From Camelus dromedarius (taxonomy: Eukaryota): 64,000 nucleotides of DNA. The DNA lies in NCBI RefSeq assembly GCF_036321535.1, contig NC_087437.1:65970001-66034000 (forward strand), written 5' to 3'. Positions 28,994 to 40,400 of the stretch are shown here, piece by piece (position 1 is the first letter of the stretch; each line of letters starts with the position of its first letter). The notes under the pieces are model-generated. The model had not been told where the DNA came from, made no database searches, and was given only the letters and a program-made list of their open reading frames with translations. The position numbers and the translations under genes were made by a program.

Positions 28994-29050
28994 ATGTGGA
29001 CACGCTGGCTCGCGCTCGCGCTGGTGGCGGTCGCCTGGGTCCACGCCGAG
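28994..29050 (+). CDS. FSTL1: Follistatin-like 1, exon 2 (signal peptide MWTRWLALALVAVAWVHAE)
   Basis: Polypyrimidine tract plus CAG acceptor at 28991-28993, 19 codons matching the FSTL1 signal peptide, and a phase-0 donor GAG|GTAGGT. Confidence 0.96.
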
Positions 29051-30349
29051 GTAGGTGAGCCTCTGAGGAGGTCCGAACTCAGGCTCCGGGGCCACTGGGG
29101 TCTGTGCGTCGCGCGGGTGGTACGTGCGTCCTGGGGATGCTCTCCCCGGGTGGGACTGGGAGTTTCCATCGCTGGGTGAGGGGGGCGCTCCGTGCAGAAA
29201 TGCTACTTACGAAACTTAAACCTTAAAATCGGGAAAAGTAGTTTGGGCCGTAAGCGGGAGCCTCACCGCGACTAATATGGAGGGGGGGGGGGGACGAGCT
29301 GGGCCGATTGGGACGCAGGCGGCGACAAGAGCAGGAGCTGAGTTCAAAAAGGCTCCTGAGTTCTTTCCTTCACTTAAGAGGAAATTGAGAATAGTTGGAG
29401 ACTTTTTCCTTCCGAGTCGGTCGAGGGGGAGGGCAGTCTCAAGAGATTCTTCTTTCGGGGAGGAATATATTTTTCTCTTTTATAAAGTGAGATTATGATT
29501 CCCTGATTTTTTCCCTTTCTTTGTAAAGTGCCCTCGGATTTTGTGTTATTATCAGAGCCATATAACGGCCTTTAAAACATCTCAGTTTTTTCTTAAACTA
29601 GTGTTGCGCAAGTATGAGCGATCCATTGCTCTGCTCTTTTGAGGGCTCTGCGTTTCCAGTCAAAGTATTTCAGCGCTTTTTTGGTAATGTTTTCTTTTCA
29701 ACTCCAGTGACCTTCCTGAGACACTACAAACAAACCAACAAACCCTTTACACACAAGCCCCTCCATTAACTCAAAGGTTTATGGACAGAAAATAAACAAT
29801 TCTAAATTCCCTGAGCTCTAGTCTCCAGAAAAGTGAGGTCAGAAACCAAACATTTGATAATTATGGCAGGAAATGTGGAAGGAATTAAAAAGCATGAGGG
29901 AGAAGAAATGGAATGTACATTACAAAAGAAATAGCTCCCTAGTGGGTGGTTATTCTCCCTCTTTGAATTTTTTTCTTCATATTACAGTTTAGCCCCACCC
30001 TTAGCATCACAGCTTGACTCTGCCCAGAAAAGTCATAAAAGCCTGCAAGGCCTTCACGATTAAAAAAAAATACACTTTATACTGAACTTTCATTTAATTC
30101 ACTACTACATTGTTGGTTGAACTGGAAACAAAATCTGTTTTTACTCGCAATGAAATAAAAAATAGCTAATATTTTTTGAGTATCTACTTTGTATTGTAAT
30201 AAAACTCCATTTGAATGATGCGAAAACTGAGTCAGAAAGGTCACATAGTCTATCCTATGTTGTTAAATGGTAGGAGTGGGATTTGAACACAGGTCTGGCT
30301 CTTAACCAGGGTCTTCACCACTGCCTCATACTAGGACTTCATACTGGCT

Positions 30350-30560
30350 GTGTACTTCTTACATAGCAGACATTGGCTGGGCTGCATGCATCATTTCTTT
30401 TAAAGCTTCCCAAACCTTGTAGGGTCAGTTTTATTAGCCACATTTTATAGAGGAAGAAACAGGTCTAGGAAGATTAGGTAACCTGCCTAGTGCCCAAGGT
30501 CACACATCTAGTTATTTCTGAAGAAGGATCTGAACCCAGCTCCCTCCGCTGGTGGAGCTC
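30350..30560 (-). mobile_element. MIR SINE
   Basis: CATTTTATAGAGGAAGAAACAGGTCTAGGAAGATTAGGTAAC...GCCCAAGGTCACACATCTAGT. Confidence 0.65.
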
Positions 30561-31484
30561 ATCTCCAACTCCAGGGCTTGTATTTGAGGGAGGATCCCTC
30601 TTCACTGGCTGATTTTGTCCTGGCTAAGAAATACCCTTCCATCCCTGCTGTGGGCCTCAAAAGGCAGCTGCAGTCCACTGATGAATGAGGTGAATCCCTG
30701 GGTGGTTTTACTGCAGGCTTAAGAATTGCCAGCTAGCTGGTGTGTGAAATCGCTCTGTGAACTAGACCACAAATGTGAGGGGTGAGGTGGCTGTTGGTTC
30801 ACTCTCGCCACAAGGCTATGTGGCCTGAGGTCTGGGATCTGTTCTCCCAAGCTGTTTGCAGTGCACTCCCTGCCCCCAGTGCATTGCAGGGAAAAGCTTA
30901 GCCCTCATAGGAAGTTCCTCCATCAGCAATTTCCTGCTTGAGGTGGAAGAGCAGAGAGCACTGACAGAATTCCCAGGCAAAACCCATGGGGAAAGAGGCA
31001 AAATCAAGAAGTGCTGAGGCATGAAAACCGAGGGAGTTGGTGCAGAAAGAAGGCTATAAACTCAGGGTATGTGAAGGGAAGTTTTCATTTTATGACTCCA
31101 GATTATCATTTAGTCAATCCAATTTCTGGGTGCCTGGCCCTGGTAACATTTTGTAAACTTTTAATCCATGTTTTAATAATAATAAAATTTTAATTATTAG
31201 TGAAAGGGTAAATTAGCCCTAAAATTTGAGTATTACTTTAAAGCATTTTATTGTGTAGTTAATGGTGCTTGCAGTAGAAATTTTTTTCCTTGTTACCTAT
31301 AACAACATATAGCAAACAAAGGCAAACAATGATACTGTCTTTATTAAATGGACTTCACTTTAGTAGACGTTAGAACTAAAATTATACAAATATGGTTGAG
31401 CTTTCAAAATGAAATTTAAAAAACAGTTTTCTTGGTACTTTTTTGGTTTCATAGAAGCACAAGGATTCAATTCAGCGTATTTTA

Positions 31485-31839
31485 TTATTACTATTTTTTA
31501 ATAGATTTTATTCTTTTAGAGCAGTTTCAGGTTCACAACAGAACTGAGCAGAAAATACAGAGTGTTCACACATAGCCCTCCCCACCCACACATATATACT
31601 CCCCTACCCTCAATATCCCTCATCAGTGTGGCATATTTGGTATAATCAATGAACCAACATGGGCACATTTTTATCACCCAAAGTCCATAGTTTACATTAG
31701 GGTTCACTCTTGATGTTGTACATTCTATGGGTTTTGACAAATGCACAATGACATGTAGCCACCACTATAGTATCATACAGAGTAATTTCATTGCCTTAAA
31801 AATCCCTTGTGCTCCATCTATTCATTCCTCCCTCCCTCT
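31485..31839 (-). mobile_element. L1 3' end (L1MC1-like), copy A
   Basis: TTTTAGAGCAGTTTCAGGTTCACA...CCCAAAGTCCATAGTTTACATTAGGGTTCACTCTTG. TSD AATTCAGC(G/A)TATTTTA at 31469-31484 and 31840-31855. Confidence 0.88.
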
Positions 31840-34800
31840 AATTCAGCATATTTTAAAAGAATGTGATTGCACAACAAATTATGTTGATCTCTGAAGAAGG
31901 CAAGCCTTTGGAATACTAGACCTTCAGAATCAGAGGTGTCCCAAGCTTGAGAAAAGGTGGTTGTTGTCATTATTAATGCCAGTTTGTTTGGTTAGATTCT
32001 GTTGGTTAGATTCGAGAAACTATTAACAAATCATATTAAGGAAAGTGTTATATTTTGAAAGTTCTCCATGGTCTCTTACTTACTTGGCACCTCAGAGTTG
32101 CTTTTTTGATTGCTTCCTATCTTTCTTTCTTTTGGTCTTAATACTTCAGGCAGCTCCTTCAAAACTCTGCCCCATCCACCTGAGCTCACACCCATGTTCA
32201 CTTTAGAGTCTCTGCTTGAAAGGGGGTGTTGGCACATGTCTCTTAATGAGCATATATTAACATCTGGTATGGATGAGAAATGGGGCGGGTGGCAGGTGGC
32301 AACAGCAGAGCAAGCCACCTCTTCTCAGATTGTATTGGGAGGAGGCTTTGTGGGCCTGCTCGGTCTCCCTCACCCATCCCCCTCCCATTGAGAATTACTG
32401 CTGTTCACTGAGAGGTGTGGATAATGGAGGCTGGGAGAGGTTGAGAACCCAGGCTTTAGTGCATGTGCCTTTGAGTCTCAGTAGGTGAGTCTGAGTCTAC
32501 ACTAACACTGCAGGCTGGAGGGGACCCTGTAGCCCAACTGCCTGCTTCCAAAAGACAGCCTTGGCAAGTGCCCAAGCACACCCACTCTCCCTTGGCAGTT
32601 GTCTCTGCTGGCACTCTGATTTCCAACATTCCAAGTCTATAAATTCATCATGATAAGTTACACGTACAGGAGACTGATTCACAAATCAGAGCACTCATTC
32701 CAGTAAGGGAATACTTAACCCACAAACTGTGAGTGCCTCATTTAAGATAATAGTAGCAAAAACTATAACGATTATACAAATGGGCAAGAAGATTATTAAG
32801 GCATTGTCCTTCTGAAGCCAGATTTCTTAACCTCATTTATACCCTATTATCAACGTACAGTTAATCAACCACTAGGGTATTATTGGCCGATGTGGGATCT
32901 CCTCTGTATTCTTTAGAATTATTCTAATAGTGAATTCAGGCAGGCCTAGAGTGCGATTTTCCCCCACATTTCCCCTTGGTTTTCCCCACATCCTCTGACT
33001 GCTTCTTGAAGCTACAACATAACTGAAATTTTAATATCCATCTTATACATTAACCACTAAAATAACCTGTTTGTTTATCCTTTGGCAAATAAACTCCTTG
33101 CTGTGATTCTGGAGACCATTATTAGAAATTGGGGTGTTAAAACATAGCAGAGACTCTGCTGAATAGCCAAAACAGATGGACAAGCACCCTGCAAATTGAG
33201 GTCCTGGATATTGAAAATGTCTTTAGAAGGGGGCATGTCACAATTCCCATAGAAGTCTCTGAATCTGGTAATGGAAAGCAGGAGTCCGTCCCCAGGCTCA
33301 GAGGAATAAGTTTGGAAGGAGCTGTGAGATGGGGGCATGGGCTGCTATGGATGTAATGTACCAAAGAAGAAAGTAAAGTCTTCAAAGTCAGTGAGACAGG
33401 AAGAATCATGTTTCCAGGAGAACAGAGAAAGTAAAGAATGAGCTGTAAATGCCAGTGGTCACACATAGAGGATTGAAAATGTCACGGTATCTTTTTCCTA
33501 CTCCTCTTCAAATAATTGGACATAGTAAGAAATTTCTAGTAGCCACAAATAGTATTAGCTTAAGGATACCAGATATCATAGAATTGAAAAATGACTTACA
33601 CTTAGATGCGTTCATTTCATAAACTAGGTGACTGATGTCCTGCAGGTCAAATGCATGCCTTCTCTAAGGTGCTCTGTTTTCTGTCGCCTGTGACTTTGGC
33701 ATGGGGTGTTTTCTCCAGGAATGAGTTAATAACAGCATGGGCCTTCCCTTCATGGTGCCCATCAGACAGTATTCCCTGCTTCAGGCTGAGCATGCCCTAC
33801 ACACAGGGCAGAGTCATGGATGAAGTGCAAGACATGGTCTCTGCCCTCAGGTTGCTTACAATCTAACAGTGGGCCGTTAGATTTAAACTGTGCAGCTATA
33901 ATGTATAATATTATAGCTATATAATGAACATGTATTATTATTGCTTTTTTTTTTACATTAACATAGGACTTCCCTTGATTTTTAAAGTTCTTTTACATTA
34001 GTACAAAACACAAATCTTTAATGTATAGCCTGGTGAGCCTTTACATTTGGATATACCCGTGTAGCCACCACCCAGTCAAGACAGAGGAAGTTGGTGCAGT
34101 AAGAAGGCTATGAACTCAGGGTGTGTGTGGAAACAGTTACAATTGAAAAAGTGAGGAACAGATATAACCAAAGTTACATTTCATCACTTGAAGATCACTA
34201 TCATTTAACTAGTCCAGTCTCTTGATGTCTGGCCCTAACATTTGGCAAGCTTTTAATTCATGCTTTAACAATAGTGAACTGTTAATAATTAATGAAAAGA
34301 TAAATGAACCCTCACTGTATGAGACTTGAAATTTGGATATTATTTTAAGCGTTTTAACTTGTAGTTAACAGTGCTTGCAGTAGAAAATTGTTTCCCTTGT
34401 TAGCTACAAAAACATAACAAACATAATTTAATTCAGTCTTTATTGACATGAATTCATTTTAGCAAACTTTGGATCAGCTTTGGGGAAGATGACTTTACTG
34501 TTTCACAGATGGATATTACAGGACTCAATGTAATCCACATTGAGAAACTAAATCAAGGAAAGAAACTCAAATAATTCTATTTGACCACTTTGCCCTGGTC
34601 ATAATTATTTTTAAGGGAACTCTACATAAGATGTCTGTCATGTTATTTATGAAAGCTAAAAACAAAACCTATATATCTAACAATGAAAGAGTTAAAGTTA
34701 GCAGCAATATATGCCACTAAAAATATGCTTACAAAAAATTTAAAGCTCTGGCAAATGATTATGATTCAATTTAAAAAGCAGAACCTTCCACCACCACTCT

Positions 34801-36849
34801 AATGCCCTATCCCCATAACTGTAAAAATTTATAGAGAAGTATGACAAAATGTCTTAAAATCCATCATGAGGATTCTTGTGACACCTCACCTTTTTCAAGA
34901 GGATCTATCCTAATAGATGCTATTTTATCTAAATAAAAAGTGTTATTTTCTGATAGAATGTGGAATTAAAAAGCTTAGAGAATGTAGAAAAAATGAGAGC
35001 AAAAAATAAAATTACCCATAATTCCACTACCTAAAGATAAACTAGCCCTTCTTCCCTCCTTTCAGAGAAATTATCAAAATCAATTAACAGATGTATGTTG
35101 TGTGCCTACTAGATACTGCAGGCAATGAAAATTAGTACCTCCCAACACTGAAATAAATTGCCTGCAGGAACAAACATGGCATGCACGTCACAACTACCCT
35201 CTCCCTTACCCATGATAGCATTGCTAATCAATCATAGAATTTCTTCCTTCTCATCCTGGAGGAGGTTAGAAAATCCTTCTCAGCAAGGTTCTAGGTAGCC
35301 ACTGGCAACCAGTTAGTGTGTGTGAGGTAAAAAACATTTGCCTTTTCTGCTGGAAAAGTCAATCCAATTTGATCAAACGTTTGGTATATCTTTAGCCAAA
35401 ATTAAGACAATTAGATGGCAGAGTTCGGGACTATGTGAAACAAAGACAATGTGGGGTAACAGGTGATAGAACTAGAGTAGGAAATGGATGAAAATATCAA
35501 GAAAACACTTGGTAACTGGCTCAAGCGTCCAAGTTCTCTAAGTTCTTCAGATGAATTCAAACACCTTAAAAAGTAAGCCAAACTCTCTAATGCTGGCCAT
35601 CATAAAAGTATGAGAATTTTCTTGGCTCTTTTGATGGCATGAAGAGTTACTCTTGCTGAGGCTCTAAGAGCTGCTGCTGTCATAGATAATCGCGTCTGCA
35701 TCAGCAGCCATCTGGCAATAACCTGCTAATGGAAAGCTCTTTGGGTAGCTGGAGTACAAAATGTCTCCTGTAAATCTGCATTTTCTGCTGTGGTTGGAGG
35801 ATTTCCATGTAATCTCTTCATTGAGTTTTTATGTGCTCATTTGGAAGCCATCACCAATAAGGTATTCCCAGGATTGTCTGAATTTATGACCTTTAAAATG
35901 TTTCCTATATAATCCAGACACTTTGTGACCAACTAAGCTGTTGCCAAAACAAGTCATGTAACACATGGCAAAAGCATGACATGTTGCAGACCCAGGTTTA
36001 TACATATATGTGGCATGGGATATTAGGTTGAATTGGCTTGAGGTAGGGAAAATGTCCCTTTTTACTTTTTGTTGTTTTCAAGATTGAAAATCCTGTGTCT
36101 GAGGCAAAATTTGTCTTTTTCCCCACAGTCTGTCATTCTGTCCTTCAATGATAGTAAGTGAATATATCTTATTGATCTCTTACAGCAGTGCCAGGTGCTA
36201 TGCCAGTCACTCTGCACTTACGCTGCTATTAAGAACAGTATGGAACCAAAAGGCAATACCGTACAGGTCCCTATTCTGAAGGAGCTGCTACCACTGTAGC
36301 ATCTGTCCAGCTCAAATGGACCTGGCCATTAGGGGGCCAGATCTACAGCATTCACAAAAATTACCACCCTCTTCCTTGCCCACCCACTTCCTTGCCACTA
36401 GTGCAGAAGTCCCTGCGATGCACTGTGGGACAGATGTCTTCTCAGAATTTGAGAGGCTCCACTTGAGCTGCTGGGGTCATTTTCAGCCTGTTCACCTTGA
36501 CCACTTGACCAGTCTGTCCAGTAGGTGGCAGCTGTTTGCGTGGAACCTCATCTGAAATTGTTCCAGTTCCAAGAATGCTGGCGTTTGTCTCTTATTCCCC
36601 ACTTTCGTGTCACTCAAGCCTTCCCCTGAATCCCTTTCTCCAGTCTCTCTTGTTCTCACATCTGGGTGTTTCAAGTCTTATCTTTTACATGGACCCTGTT
36701 ACAGAACCTTCTTATTATTGAGAAGAACATTATAAAATAATGAAAGAGTCCTTGACTTAGAAGTCCCACTCTGCCCCTTTCTGGTTGATGTTAACCTTTT
36801 TAAAGCCAATTAATGTCTCTGGCTTGCAGCCTCAGTTAAGGGCAAGGGC

Positions 36850-37480
36850 TTAGAGGTAGTGAACCAGGTTTGAATTCTCGCCTTGTCTAGCTGTGAACCC
36901 TTGAGCAAGTTACTTAACCTCCCTGAGCTCACTCTCCTCATTTGTAAAATGGGAATAATGGCCATCTCTCTTGCCTGACAGTCCAATTAGATAATGGAAA
37001 ATGTTTCTTCTGCTCATGACACAGTCAACACCAAACACCTGAAGAAATGAAGTGCCTCTTACCGGTGCCTACTGGGCACTGGCAAAGAATGTTTTTGACT
37101 CTGTAATGATCTCAACAAGAGAATTCTCAGTTTACACATTAACATTCTCTAGGCATTGTCTGTATTTGTACATCCTGTGTGCTGGCTCAGGTGGTTATCT
37201 GTTGACGAATTTATCTTTGAGAGGAAGTATAGCATAATGGTTTAGCGCCCAGGCCTTGAAGCTAGATTACCTGATTTTAAATACTAGCATGGCCCTTATT
37301 AGCCCTGTGATCTTGGGGAAGTTACTTAACCTCTCTGGTCTGTTTCCTCACCTATAAAATAGGCTTAGTATGGAATGTTTACCCTTTAGGTTAGCCATGA
37401 GAATCAAATAAGCTATTCCATGTAAAGCAGTTAAAAGAGTGATTTGACACATGGAGTGCAGTAAATGTTAGCTGTTATTA
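36850..37480 (+). mobile_element. Two MIR SINEs (~36850-36965, ~37220-37480)
   Basis: TTGAGCAAGTTACTTAACCTCCCTGAGC...CTCATTTGTAAAATGGGAATAAT and GGGGAAGTTACTTAACCTCTCTG...TTTCCTCACCTATAAAATAGG. Confidence 0.8.
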
Positions 37481-40400
37481 CATTCTTGCGGCATCTCTAT
37501 TTATTGGAAGAGCTCCAAAAGCTATGGTGTGTGTGTGTGCGTGCATGTGTGCGTACGCACACTTGCATTGCTCATGGCTGGCAGAACTCCCCTTGCCTCT
37601 TTCACTCTCTCCAGGGATTAAAGATCACCTTTTAAAAGACAAGTAGAATATTTATTTCATTGGATACTTTGATGCCCAGAATTCATATCAGAACCCTTGC
37701 CTCTACTGAGCCAGTCTTGCCCTCCAGCATTTCCTCTGTGAAGCCACAACTCTATCATTCCTCCAGGAAAAGAATTAAGGACTCATTGAGACCTCCCGAG
37801 CGCAGCAGTGGACTGTGTAAGCCAGCAGAGTTTCTCCCTAAGGACTGAGTGAGCCAGGCAGAGAACTGGAAAGGGAAGAAGAGTGAGAAAAGGCAAAAAA
37901 GAGAGGTGGTAAAACTCCTCTGGAACTTCTCCAGATTCAGTTGTTCTCCTGTGTCGTCGTGCCCCCCCCCTGCCCTTTTTACACATGGAAGTAGCCACCA
38001 GATATCTTGGATTTTTTGTGGGATAGTCATTTTCATATGTTCTTGCTATAGCCCCCATAGCACGGCCTGTTCCCGGGCCACGGATTCTAAATTTGGAGTT
38101 TAGAAAATAACCAGGTCGGGCAAAGGAATAGAACCCTTTGCTTTCACTGTCTGAAAAATAAATACTTTTTCTCAAAGACAGGGTAGGAAGTATTCCTGGA
38201 TCAGGCTGATTTATCTGCTTGGGAACCAAGGCAACGCTTCAGGTGTTTTGCACACAAACTTGAGTCCTCTGCTGGGCACTGCTGTGTCTGGCAGCCAGCC
38301 CTGACTGCAGCCTCATGTGGCCACCCATTCCCAGGCCCCAGAGCTGGGTCTCTTCATTGCTCCTCGTGTTGCTCTCTTCATCTTTCCCCTCTATCTTCTT
38401 GTCTCCCCTTTTCTTTCTCATCTCCCTCCTCCACCTTTACAGAGACGTCATCCTGGAGTGTTTGGGCTGCATTAGGAGCTCAAGTTCAAATTTCATGCAG
38501 TGAGAAAGCTGCACAAAGTCTTGATGCATTATTTTGCTTCACCCATCTGGGACAAAGTAACATTTCTCAAAGTAAGCTCAAGGAGGGAAAGTAAAAAGTA
38601 TCGCAAACTTGTTCTCTGCCAGGCACTGAGTTAGTGCTGGTGACTAGGACACAGATCTTGTCCCCAGGGGTCCAGTGGGAGAGGCAGGTAGGGTAAGGGC
38701 TCAGAATGATCTGGCATGGTAAGTGCTGGGACACGGCTGACAACCTAACCCAGCACTGGGGTTGTGGGAAGGCCTCTGAGAGAGAGTGCCCCCAAGCTGA
38801 GCCCCAGATATGAGTGGTGGTAGCCCGACAACAGAGGGGAGGAGAGGAAAAGGGCCTTGTCTTATCCAATTCTCACAACCTGACACTGCAGTTCCTCTAA
38901 TCTTTATTTATCAGTTAAAAAAAAAAATGGCTCAGAGGATCCAGTTAGTTACCCCCAAAAAGGTCACCTAGTAAATAGTAAAGCCGGGATGCAAACCCAA
39001 GACTTCAACTCTCAACTCAAAATGCCTTGTGTTCAAGACTGCTTAAGGTCCACTGAGTCTTATTTCTGAAAGTGACTTTGAAAACAAAGCAAAAACCCTT
39101 TCTCTAGGTAACATGGACTTAAAAACAACTGCACAGGCTCTGTTATTTAACTTCATGGTCTATCAGCTGCAAGTGCCTGGATCATTCTGGCCGTGTCGAC
39201 ACGGGCATGGCCTCAAACAGGTTCAGGTCCAGGTGCATCTTTGACTCACACTGAAGTATAGTTGTTCCATCAGAGCACCTGCTGCATGATGGTCAGTAAC
39301 TCAGGAGATGCTTTAAAGCAGTCTTTGTCCTTGACATGTATTCAAACTGTTCCACATCAAATAGGACCAAATTGCAAGAGAGCTCTAAGACTCCAGCTGA
39401 GAGTCTGGGTATGGTTGTTCAGATTGTCCACTGTACAAGAGTGGCTGGCCAAGGGGGCAAATTAGGCTGACTTCATCCTACACTCTGCTTACCAGTCTCT
39501 GTGCCCTGTCCTGGGGCTTGTCTGCCCTCCCAGAGGGGGGCCATCTTTTTCCTAACTAATGTGCAGAGCTCCCCAGACCCACCATTTTCTTTCAGAAATG
39601 GAAGATGGCTTATTGGACTATAGTGGCCATTTCTCCTCTGTACATTTTGTAAATTGATATCATTCAGAGTCTTAGAAAGCTTTCATAACAGGCCTCCATC
39701 AAAAGGCAGTTCTGTATTATTATGGATTTTCCTCATGGATTACCTAAAATGATACAAATGGAAATTTTAAAAATCTGTTCTTTTGCAACCAAAAATGTGC
39801 CACTTTTGGCTCTTGCCCAACTCAGTCTAGTTTGGGAACTCTGATTCCCCAGGACTTGAGAAACACATTCCTAGCTTCCCCCTGATTGCTGGATTAGCAC
39901 AACTTCCTTCAGCCCACAGCTGAATTCCAGCCCCAAGGAAGAAACATCTTAGACAGAGTGAACTCCCAGCCTGGAGCCTGTCAGAGGTTGTGTCATGTGT
40001 TTGCATTAGCTGAACAAAAAGCAAGCAGGCTTTCCGGCCTTGCTCCCCCTCCTCCCCACGCCCCTCTCTGGAGAGGCCAGTTAAAGTCTAGACAGTGTCT
40101 GCTTGGCAATGAGCCTTTTCAGCACAATCTGCACAGTTCTGCAGCTCTGACTTGGGTTGCCTCTCCTCACTCGTCCCCTCTTCCTCGCCTCCATTTTCTT
40201 AGTTAGCCTTAAACTGTCTCAGGGGACTGGCATGAGCCACACATAGAAGAAGCAGGTGAATGAATTTATAATACTGTTAGGATTCAGCTGTCTTGAGAGG
40301 TTCAGAGTTGAGAAAATACCAGTTGTGCTGGCTGAAGCTATGGCTGAGTTTACAGAGGTCCCTGAGGTGAGCTGGCTTCCAACAAGCCTCCGTTTATTGG

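Noticed and set aside
39191..39204. Perfect 14-bp palindrome CCGTGTCGACACGG
   Set aside because: A few palindromes of this length are expected by chance in 64 kb, and there is no supporting context.
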